Source: Flavobacteriaceae bacterium
GTDB lineage: Bacteria > Bacteroidota > Bacteroidia > Flavobacteriales > Flavobacteriaceae
Length of the DNA stretch: 32,000 nt
NCBI GenBank assembly: GCA_965224465.1
Contig: OZ245049.1
Coordinates: forward strand, 2,250,001-2,282,000
Direction of reading: 5' to 3'
Within the stretch, counting starts at the first letter, position 1, and every line of letters begins with the position of its first letter. This document shows positions 25,093 through 32,000 of the stretch, one piece after another. The notes under the pieces were generated by a model. It saw only the letters and a list, made by a program, of their open reading frames with translations, was not told the DNA's origin and did no database searches. A program made the position numbers and the translations under genes.

Positions 25093-26673
25093 TTAATAGT
25101 GACATTTTCCACATTCCAATCCACCCATCTGAGCTTCAGTCACCTTCTTTACACCGTATTTTTCGGCCAATTGATCATGGATTTTCTTATAGTATCCATT
25201 TTCAGTCATATCTACTTCCGTTTCTCTGTGACAGTCTATACACCATCCCATAGTCAACGGAGAAAACTGAGTCATCTCGTGCATTTCCTCTACAGGTCCA
25301 TGACATTTTTGACAAGCCAAACCTGCCACTGTTACGTGTTGCGAGTGATTGTAGTAAACAAAATCTGCCAAATTATGAATTCGAATCCATTCTATCGGTT
25401 TTTCTACGGCGTCTTCTTTGTACTTCCCAGCCTCAGCATCCCAGCCAACAGCGTCATATATTTTAGCAATCTCACCATCTAACTCTTCTTTTGTATGCCC
25501 ACCAAATAATGGACCCGTATATTCAGAGATAGATTTATGACAGTTCATACAAACATTGGCTGTAGGAACTCCAGAAGTTTTACTGTGTTTTGCTGATGAG
25601 TGACAGTACTGACAGTCAATCTTATTATCTCCAGCATGTACTGCATGAGAAAAAGCAATTGGTTGAATTGGTGTATACCCTTCGTTTACGTCAATTTGCA
25701 TCAACCATCCAAACAACAACCATATACCTAATAGTATTGAGAAGATTAAAAACAAGAACCTTAAAAAAGGATTTTTTAAGAACGTAAGTACTAAGTTTTC
25801 TTTAAACACTTCGTCCCCTGGTTCTCCTTTATTCTTTTTAAGAGTGCCTGCTATAATAATTACAAACAATAAAAAACCACCTAAAGTAATAGCCAACATA
25901 GACCATACTCCCATCTTTTCATTTTCATACATTGCCTGAGAACCATCGCCTCCTGCAGCTACCGTTTTCTTAGCTGCATTCCCGACTTTCAAATACAATA
26001 GTACGTTATCTAAATCGGTATCTGATAGTTGTGGAAAAGGAGTCATCGCTGCTGGATTACTATCCGCAACTTCCTTTGCCAATTTATCACCAGAGGCAAC
26101 CAATGCATTATTATCTTTAATCCATAATTTCAACCATTCGATTTCACGTTTTTCTGTGATATCTCCTAATGCTGGACCCACTAATTTCTTGTCAAGTTTA
26201 TGACAAGCCGCACAATTGGCGTTAAATACTTTTTTACCAGCAGCTACGGCTTCTTGATCTACATCAGAAGTAGTCGCTGTTGCTACAGTAGCGGCAACAG
26301 GTTTACCATCAGTATATGCTAAAACATCAGCAATATCTTGATTGGTGAACTGAGGATACGCAAGCATCGGAATGCTACTGTATTCTTCAAAAATAGCAAT
26401 GGCATCTGCATCACCAGATTTAATGAATGCTTGACTATCTTTTATCCAAGCTCTTAACCATTCGATGGTACGTTTTTCGCCAATCCCTTTTAAGGCTGGA
26501 CCTACAAGTCTCTTATCTAATTTATGACAGGCAGCACAGTTTGCGTTAAACAACTGTTTTCCCTTAGAAGCATCACCTTCTTGCGCCGATAAATCAATAG
26601 AAAAAAGTAATAGGAAAGCAAGACTACATACGATTAGTCTTGATAATAGATGGTGTTTTTTCACACTTTTCAT
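25093..26673 (-). CDS. actA: Alternative Complex III subunit ActA (pentaheme cytochrome c) fused to two N-terminal class-I cytochrome c domains
   Basis: 526 aa with a signal peptide. Two paralogous domains each carry FNANCAACHKLDK. A two-helix hydrophobic hairpin follows, then five more CxxCH motifs (CQYCH, CMNCH, CQKCH, CIDCH, CGKCH). Confidence 0.85.
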   Translation of the reverse strand: MKSVKKHHLLSRLIVCSLAFLLLFSIDLSAQEGDASKGKQLFNANCAACHKLDKRLVGPALKGIGEKRTIEWLRAWIKDSQAFIKSGDADAIAIFEEYSSIPMLAYPQFTNQDIADVLAYTDGKPVAATVATATTSDVDQEAVAAGKKVFNANCAACHKLDKKLVGPALGDITEKREIEWLKLWIKDNNALVASGDKLAKEVADSNPAAMTPFPQLSDTDLDNVLLYLKVGNAAKKTVAAGGDGSQAMYENEKMGVWSMLAITLGGFLLFVIIIAGTLKKNKGEPGDEVFKENLVLTFLKNPFLRFLFLIFSILLGIWLLFGWLMQIDVNEGYTPIQPIAFSHAVHAGDNKIDCQYCHSSAKHSKTSGVPTANVCMNCHKSISEYTGPLFGGHTKEELDGEIAKIYDAVGWDAEAGKYKEDAVEKPIEWIRIHNLADFVYYNHSQHVTVAGLACQKCHGPVEEMHEMTQFSPLTMGWCIDCHRETEVDMTENGYYKKIHDQLAEKYGVKKVTEAQMGGLECGKCHY

Positions 26674-26890
26674 ACTTTAGTTATCTTTTCTTTCTAGTTT
26701 GGTACGGTTATTTCACTCAAAATCGGGTACAAAACGACCGTTTTCTTGAACGACCTGACAAAAGTAAACTTTCTGTCTAAGTTTGGAAATTTTAATCATC
26801 GAATACTGTAGTTTATATTTATTCTAAATAACTGTGAGTACACTGCTGGTTAAGGGATAAAGTTTTAAATTTACAAAATAAATAACACAC
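26674..26890. promoter_or_regulatory. Divergent promoter region (actA operon / SPOR gene), candidate Bacteroidota -7 boxes
   Basis: Two matches to the Bacteroidota TAnnTTTG -7 consensus: tacttttg on the minus strand (26759-26766, about 86 nt upstream of the actA ATG) and taagtttg on the plus strand (26778-26785, about 105 nt upstream of the SPOR ATG). No well-spaced -33 TTG was found for either. Confidence 0.3.
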
Positions 26891-27256
26891 ATGAAATATA
26901 TCAGTAATAATATAATTTTTTCTGTTTTGCTACTGTCGTTTTTTGGCATATCCACAATGACTGCTCAAAATGATACTGCTAAAATTGAAAAGCTTATCGA
27001 AAAAAAAAGAGGTTATAATCAAACAAAAGAGAAAAGTAAAGGCTTTTTAATTCAATTGTACAATGGAGGAGAATCTAGAGCCTATGCTGTACAACGAAAA
27101 TTTGATAATCTATTCCCTCAATATACTTCAAAAATGAAAGTAGATTTACCTGACTGGAAGGTACAAGTTATCAATTTCGAAACTCGTTTAGCTGCTGATA
27201 GAGCCTTGAATATTTTTAAAGAAGAATTTGTGGGTGCCAACATCCCTAAATCATAG
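26891..27256 (+). CDS. SPOR-domain-like secreted protein
   Basis: 121 aa with a signal peptide. The C-terminal ~70 aa (GFLIQLYNGGESRAYAVQRKFDNLFPQ...WKVQVINFETRLAADRALNIFKEEF) follows the beta-alpha-beta-beta-alpha-beta SPOR pattern. Judged by eye. Confidence 0.6.
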   Translation: MKYISNNIIFSVLLLSFFGISTMTAQNDTAKIEKLIEKKRGYNQTKEKSKGFLIQLYNGGESRAYAVQRKFDNLFPQYTSKMKVDLPDWKVQVINFETRLAADRALNIFKEEFVGANIPKS

Positions 27257-27260
27257 CTGC

Positions 27261-27323
27261 TAAATCAACAAGCTCACCTATAACAGTCCCAAGGCATGCT
27301 TCCAATACTATTTCTATGACAAC
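27261..27323 (+). repeat. Intergenic repeat family 1, partial copy C
   Basis: aaatcaaca...cccaaggcatgcttccaatactatttctatgacaac resembles the 5' half of copies A and B with deletions. It directly abuts family-2 copy 2. Confidence 0.4.
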
Positions 27324-27433
27324 AAACACATTTTTAAGTGACGGTTTAGAAATGAAATTATTTTTTGTTCTATTTTTCAACAACGCTAGAACGTAAAATA
27401 AACTATTTATATCTGTCATTTTAGATTGTAATT
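27324..27433 (+). repeat. Intergenic repeat family 2, copy 2
   Basis: aaacacatttttaagtgacggtttagaaatgaaatta...gttctatttttcaacaacgctagaacgtaaaataaactatttatatctgtcattttagattgtaattgc. Confidence 0.7.
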
Positions 27434-27465
27434 GCTAGAGGCAGCGCCGCGGAAATAAAATACAG

Positions 27466-27500
27466 AAAGACTGTCAAACATAAGTTTTGACAGTCTTTTT
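27466..27500 (+). terminator. Intrinsic terminator-like hairpin between family-2 copies 2 and 3
   Basis: 13-bp perfect stem aaagactgtcaaa (27466-27478) / tttgacagtcttt (27486-27498) with a 7-nt loop, running into ttttt. The A-run on the 5' side makes it potentially bidirectional. Confidence 0.6.
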
Positions 27501-27513
27501 GCTATCTAATACC

Positions 27514-27611
27514 AAATACATTCTAACGTGAAGGTTTAGAAATAGAATTATTTTCCAACAACGCAAGAACGTAAAACAAACTATTTGTATCGGTTATTTT
27601 GGATTGTAATT
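27514..27611 (+). repeat. Intergenic repeat family 2, copy 3
   Basis: aaatacattctaacgtgaaggtttagaaatagaattattttccaacaacgcaagaacgtaaaacaaactatttgtatcggttattttggattgtaatt. Confidence 0.7.
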
Positions 27612-27630
27612 CAATTATTGGCTACTGGTC

Positions 27631-28060
27631 TTAAAATGTAAATAAGACTCCATTACAATAATATTCTCTTTTTATTTCATTTCCATTTTTCTCATATAAA
27701 ACCCAAGAACTATCTTTTTTGTTTTTTGTATAAAATCCAATTTCTTTTAAAATTCCTGTTTCATAATAATAGTCATAGTACCAACCTGAACCATTTTTAA
27801 ATAGTTCAAAATTTTCATATTCATATGGAAATAGAGGACGTGGATCTAAAGGATATAAAGCGCTCCTTCTGATGTCATATACTTGATATTTAAGATTCCA
27901 TTCGTATAATTAAATATTTTAACGATGCTATAATAAGGGAGTTTTTGAATTTATATTTTTTTTACCCATTTCCCTTCTCGTTTACCTTTTATGATTGCTC
28001 CTTCTAAATAACCATAAGAAATAGGAGACTCTCCACAATCAGGTGTTTTATTCTTTCTTA
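27631..28060 (-). pseudogene. C-terminal remnant of a YwqK/MORN-repeat-like protein gene (frameshifted, truncated by IS30)
   Basis: Hand translation of the minus strand gives ...RKNKTPDCGESPISYGYLEGAIIKGKREGKWVKKNINSKTPLL* (28060-27925). In another frame it gives LYEWNLKYQVYD...FKNGSGWYYDYYYETGILKEIGFYTKNKKDSSWVLYEKNGNEIKREYYCNGVLFTF* (27906-27631). The G-x-W-x-x-Y-Y-x-x-G repeats are typical of MORN-variant/YwqK proteins. There is no start codon. Confidence 0.45.
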
Positions 28061-29177
28061 AATTCAACTAATAAACGCAACTTTTCGATTTGATTCTATG
28101 ATGGTTATATTTTCAAAACAGAAAAGTAGGAAAACCTACCTTTCTTGTCTTGATGGATATGTATCTTACGGTCTCAAATCTCGAAAAAAGAAGTTGTATG
28201 AAACACATCACCCAAGCGCAAAGATACACAATTTGTTGCATGTTAAAACAAGGTTATAAACAGGTTGAGATAGCAGCTGCTATAGGAAAAGACAAGTCTG
28301 TTATTAGCAAAGAGATTAAGCGTAATTCAGACAAAAGAAATGGAGTTTACAAGCATGAATTAGCCCAAAAAAAGTATGCTAAACGTCATAAAGAAAAGCC
28401 TAAAAGAAAACGCTTTACAGAAGATATTCAACAAGCAATAGAGTTGTTATTGCGAGACGATTATAGTCCTGAGCAAGTAGTTGGTGTCCTAAAAAAACAA
28501 GGTAAAGAAACGGTGTCTATTGAGCGTATATATCAGCATATTAGGGAAGACAAGAGGAATGATGGTGATTTACATACACACCTTCGCAGACAGGGAAGGA
28601 GATATAGAAAACGTGGCTCATCAAAGGATTCTAGAGGGGTTATAAAGAATCGTATTAGTATAGAACAACGCCCTGAAGTTGTTGAACAAAGAAATCGATT
28701 TGGAGATTTAGAGGTCGATTTAATCATAGGTAAAAACCATAATCAAGCCATACTTACCGTAAATGATAGAGCTTCTGGAATGCTTAAAATGAAAAAAGTA
28801 AGCTCTAAAGAAGCAGTTGTTGTCACTAAAGCTATCAATGAAATATTAGAAGACTGGAAGCCTTATCTACATACTATAACAGCTGATAATGGAAAAGAAT
28901 TTGCAGGCCATGAGCAGGTTGCAGAAAATTTATGTATTGATTACTTTTTTGCGCATCCATATCACTCTTGGGAAAGAGGATCTAACGAAAATTTAAATGG
29001 TTTGATTAGACAATATTTTGCCAAAGGAAGTGACTTTACAAACCTAACAGATCAAAGAATCAAAGAGGTAGAAACAAAATTAAATAACAGACCTAGGAAG
29101 AGACATAAATATCAAAACCCTATATTTGTAATGGAACAATTATTATTTAACTAAAAGTTGCGTTTGTGACTTGAATT
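28061..29177 (+). mobile_element. IS30-family insertion sequence (1,117 bp)
   Basis: Terminal inverted repeats aattcaactaataaacgcaactttt (28061-28085) and, reverse-complemented, aattcaagtcacaaacgcaactttt (29153-29177), matching at 21/25 positions. They enclose a single DDE transposase ORF. No clear target-site duplication is present (flanks tta / cag). Confidence 0.85.
28198..29154 (+). CDS. IS30-family transposase
   Basis: N-terminal HTH region (MKHITQAQRYTICCMLKQGYKQVEIAAAIGKDKSVISKEIKRN). DDE triad context DLIIGK ... ITADNGKEF ... HPYHSWERGSNENLNGLIRQY. The ATG at 28198 is preferred over the TTG at 28150 listed in the ORF track. Confidence 0.9.
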   Translation: MKHITQAQRYTICCMLKQGYKQVEIAAAIGKDKSVISKEIKRNSDKRNGVYKHELAQKKYAKRHKEKPKRKRFTEDIQQAIELLLRDDYSPEQVVGVLKKQGKETVSIERIYQHIREDKRNDGDLHTHLRRQGRRYRKRGSSKDSRGVIKNRISIEQRPEVVEQRNRFGDLEVDLIIGKNHNQAILTVNDRASGMLKMKKVSSKEAVVVTKAINEILEDWKPYLHTITADNGKEFAGHEQVAENLCIDYFFAHPYHSWERGSNENLNGLIRQYFAKGSDFTNLTDQRIKEVETKLNNRPRKRHKYQNPIFVMEQLLFN

Positions 29178-29457
29178 CAGCTTTTCAATCCTAGGGGATT
29201 TTTGTTTTTGAATTTACTAATGTAGAATCTTTGTATTGATATCGTCCTTTTTCATTAACGATTATCTTTAATTTAGCTGTTTTATCTTCCAAATCAGAAT
29301 CATTAAGATATAAAAAAACAAGAGTGATTCCATTTGAATTTTCTCAACCAAGGTAGTCTCTAAATTAATCTTTTCTATTTGTACAGCTTTTACCTCTTTT
29401 TTGAGCAGAGCAATTAAAAAACATCGAAACTATACAGGGTAAAACAAATTTATTCAT
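29178..29457 (-). pseudogene. N-terminal remnant of the disrupted lipoprotein-like gene
   Basis: The minus strand from the ATG at 29457 reads MNKFVLPCIVSMFFNCSAQK (signal/lipobox-like). A frameshift follows at an A6 run. The alternative frame reads KKEVKAVQIEKINLETTLVEKIQMES...NEKGRYQYKDSTLVNSKTKIP*. That this fragment and 27631-28060 were once one gene is an inference. Confidence 0.35.
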
Positions 29458-29941
29458 ATGAATAGTATCTTTTTATATCATGTTGCATTGTCTTGATTGT
29501 CAAAACCTTCCGTAAGACCTAAATTTAGGGTTTATGGAATTCTACTTTGTACAAGGTTTAAAAATCATCTCTGTCCTAAAACACCAATTCACCGTTAAAA
29601 CAAGCATTTGGCAAAACATATACTGATACAAATCGCAATCAAACCCAGTAGATTCAAACATTAAATGGAATGGGGTTTTACGCGTTGTTGCCGTAGGGTT
29701 ACCCATAATATTTTAGTTTGTAAAAGATGTATTCTGCTCTTAATAACGTTCTTTATTTTACATCTATGATAGCGACACCTTTAAAACTGCTCATGACTTT
29801 TCAATTTCTGGATTCCTCTTTTAATTTATAAATGATATAGACTGTTTTTTACCTTGTCTCTAGCATTATAGCCTTACAATAGCAATTCCTAACATGATGG
29901 TATATTCGTTTAGTGCACATTACAGGAGGGCTTATTATACC

Positions 29942-30047
29942 AAACACATTTCCGCGTGACGGTTTAAAAATGGAAATATGTATCCATATCTTTTGTAGAT
30001 CGCAGTACGTTATTGTGGACGCTGGTTCTATTTTTAAAAAACTATAT
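29942..30047 (+). repeat. Intergenic repeat family 2, degenerate copy 4
   Basis: aaacacatttccgcgtgacggtttaaaaatggaaat ... ggttctatttttaaaaaactat shares the 5' module and part of the 3' module, with a different internal block. Confidence 0.45.
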
Positions 30048-30061
30048 GCTCAATAGTAAAC

Positions 30062-30090
30062 AAAAAAAGGCTCACAAATTGTGAGCCTTT
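30062..30090 (-). terminator. Rho-independent terminator of infB
   Basis: 11-bp perfect stem aaaggctcaca (30066-30076) / tgtgagccttt (30080-30090) with a 3-nt loop. On the minus strand a T7 tract follows. It lies 23 nt past the infB stop. Confidence 0.8.
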
Positions 30091-30112
30091 TTAATTTTAT
30101 GTAAAACTTGAA

Positions 30113-32000
30113 TTACTTCAAGGTCTTTTTTACTTCAATTTCTTGGTATGCTTCAATAACATCCCCTTGACGAATATCGTTGTAGTTTTTAAGTTGCAAA
30201 CCACAATCATATCCTTTGGCTACTTCTTTAACATCATCTTTAAAACGTTTTAACGATGATAATAAACCGTCGTGAACTACTATGTTCTCACGTAAGATTC
30301 TAATTTTAGAATTACGGAATATCTTACCAGACATCACCATACAACCAGCAATATTACCAATTTTTGAGATTTTGTAAACCTCTCTAATTTCAACATTACC
30401 TGTAACTTCTTCTTTCAACTCTGGAGATAACATACCTTCCATAGCATCTTTTAAGTCGTCAATAGCAGCATAGATAATAGAATAAGTACGGATATCAATT
30501 TCTTCTTGATCGGCTAACATTTTAGCATTTCCAGAAGGACGTACATTAAATCCTATAATAATAGCTTCCGAAGCAGATGCTAACAACACATCAGATTCTG
30601 TAATAGCTCCTACACCTTTATGTATAATATTTACTTGAATTTCTTCGGTAGATAATTTTTGGAAAGAATCTGTCAAAGCTTCAACAGAACCATCTACATC
30701 TCCTTTCAAGATAATATTTAACTCTTTAAAGTCACCTAGTGCAATACGACGACCAATTTCGTCTAATGTAATATGACGTTGGGTACGTACAGACAACTCG
30801 CGTTGTAATTGTGCACGTTTGGATGCAATTTGTTTTGCTTCACGTTCGTCTTCAAAAACATTAAATTTATCACCTGCTTGTGGTGCTCCGTCCAATCCTA
30901 AGATTGAAACTGGCGTAGAAGGTAATGCAATAATCATTTTTTGACCTCGCTCATTAAACATTGCTTTAATCTTACCAGAGTTTTTCCCTGCTAACATAAA
31001 GTCACCAATTTTTAATGTTCCTTCTTGAACTAGAATGGTAGATACGTATCCACGACCTTTATCCAAAGATGCTTCTACTACTGTACCTGTAGCTAATTTA
31101 TTAGGATTTGCTTTTAACTCGAGCATTTCCGCTTCCAACAATACTTTTTCAAGTAATTCTTCAACCCCAGCTCCTGTTTTAGCAGAAATATCATGTGATT
31201 GTATTTTACCACCCCAATCTTCTACCAATAAATTCATGGCAGCTAATTGTTCTTTAATTTTTTCTGGTTTAGCGTCTGGCTTATCTACTTTATTAATAGC
31301 AAAAATAATTGGCACACCAGCTGCTTGTGCATGGCTAATAGCCTCTTTTGTTTGCGGCATCACATCATCATCTGCTGCAACTACAACAATTACAATATCT
31401 GCTACTTGTCCCCCACGTGCACGCATGGCAGTAAAGGCCTCGTGACCTGGTGTATCCAAGAATGCCATTTTTTGACCTCCTTTTAACTCCACTCCATAAG
31501 CACCAATATGCTGAGTAATCCCTCCAGATTCACCGGCAATTACATTTTCTTGACGGATATAATCCAGCAAGCTTGTTTTACCATGATCTACGTGTCCCAT
31601 AACGGTCACAACTGGAGCTCTATGCTCTAGGTCTTCTTCTTTATCTTCTATAACTTGTACGGCATCTTCTACTTCTGCACTAACAAAATCAAGTGCGTAT
31701 CCAAATTCATCCGCAACAATGGTTAATGTCTCAGCATCTAAACGCTGATTCATGGTTACCATCATTCCTAACATCATACAGGAAGAGATAATATTAGTCA
31801 CAGGAATATTCATCATGGTAGCAACTTCGCTTACCGTAACAAATTCTGTTACTTTAATCACTTTACTTTCTGCCGCTTGTTGTTGTAGATCTTTTTCCGA
31901 CTGTTGACGGTGTAAATCTCTCTTATCTCTACGGTGTTTCGCTCCTTTATTCTTTTTAGATTTCCCTTGAAGTTTTTCTAAAGTTTCGCGAATTTGTTTT
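30113..32000 (-). CDS. infB: Translation initiation factor IF-2 (5'-partial; continues beyond the window)
   Basis: GTPase motifs [17 protein letters not shown] and NKVD. The frame stays open upstream of the track's GTG at 31861 all the way to nt 32000 ([47 protein letters not shown]...), the typical basic IF-2 linker. Confidence 0.95.
   Translation of the reverse strand, partial: KQIRETLEKLQGKSKKNKGAKHRRDKRDLHRQQSEKDLQQQAAESKVIKVTEFVTVSEVATMMNIPVTNIISSCMMLGMMVTMNQRLDAETLTIVADEFGYALDFVSAEVEDAVQVIEDKEEDLEHRAPVVTVMGHVDHGKTSLLDYIRQENVIAGESGGITQHIGAYGVELKGGQKMAFLDTPGHEAFTAMRARGGQVADIVIVVVAADDDVMPQTKEAISHAQAAGVPIIFAINKVDKPDAKPEKIKEQLAAMNLLVEDWGGKIQSHDISAKTGAGVEELLEKVLLEAEMLELKANPNKLATGTVVEASLDKGRGYVSTILVQEGTLKIGDFMLAGKNSGKIKAMFNERGQKMIIALPSTPVSILGLDGAPQAGDKFNVFEDEREAKQIASKRAQLQRELSVRTQRHITLDEIGRRIALGDFKELNIILKGDVDGSVEALTDSFQKLSTEEIQVNIIHKGVGAITESDVLLASASEAIIIGFNVRPSGNAKMLADQEEIDIRTYSIIYAAIDDLKDAMEGMLSPELKEEVTGNVEIREVYKISKIGNIAGCMVMSGKIFRNSKIRILRENIVVHDGLLSSLKRFKDDVKEVAKGYDCGLQLKNYNDIRQGDVIEAYQEIEVKKTLK

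Noticed and set aside
15226-25787. Opposite-strand ORFs within the respiratory cluster: 15226-15414, 18578-18796, 18953-19177, 19140-19322, 21116-21448, 22216-22554, 23972-24232, 24655-24897, 25014-25253, 25099-25482 and 25590-25787
   Set aside because: Each is embedded in a well-supported ACIII or cox gene on the other strand or in another frame. Their translations are low-complexity or featureless.
27324-27611. MITE interpretation of the family-2 repeats
   Set aside because: No terminal inverted repeats or flanking duplications are visible. The ends (gtgacggtttagaaat / ggattgtaatt) are not complementary.
28150-28197. TTG start at 28150 for the transposase, as listed in the ORF track
   Set aside because: The extra 16 aa (MMDMYLTVSNLEKRSC) precede a canonical ATG. 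After that ATG the sequence begins like typical IS30 transposases (MKHITQAQRY...). The upstream extension lies close to the left IR.
28533-31486. Antisense ORFs 28533-28727 (in the transposase) and 31035-31445 / 31247-31486 (in infB)
   Set aside because: They lie inside strongly supported genes on the opposite strand.

Overview
AT-rich Bacteroidota (Flavobacteriia-like) chromosomal segment; G+C looks like roughly one third but was not computed. Conserved core: a minus-strand respiratory cluster encoding Alternative Complex III (actA-B-C-D-E-F, 26673 down to 18118), followed by aa3-type cytochrome c oxidase subunits II and I (18023 down to 15190); a small SPOR-like gene (26891-27256, +); the 3' part of infB (30113-32000, -, runs off the window); and a flavin-dependent-halogenase-like FAD oxidoreductase (36-1274, +). 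There are two accessory patches. (i) 1275-15189 holds a 1.1-kb ORF-free leader and one uninterrupted 12,330-nt ORF (2395-14724, 4,109 aa). This ORF has a Sec signal peptide, a small N-terminal head, about 10.75 kb of hierarchical tandem repeats, and an IPT-like plus lectin-like C-terminus. (ii) 27257-30112 holds an IS30-family element inserted into a decayed YwqK/MORN-like lipoprotein gene, surrounded by modular intergenic repeats. The stand-out is the giant gene. Its repeat units are 21, 28 or 35 aa, always multiples of 7, and read as about 510 consecutive IxxNTxx heptads. That is the N@d motif of trimeric coiled-coil adhesin stalks, so I hypothesise a surface fibre about 0.5 micrometre long. 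I found no recognisable T9SS C-terminal sorting domain, lipobox or barrel anchor. The array contains a 100%-identical 1,386-bp tandem duplication and 525/1575-bp higher-order repeats, so length instability or assembly error must be considered. An 82-nt gap-free conserved element flanks the giant gene on both sides in the same orientation. No CRISPR array, tRNA or rRNA was recognised. All domain and family calls come from motif reading by eye; no searches were run.
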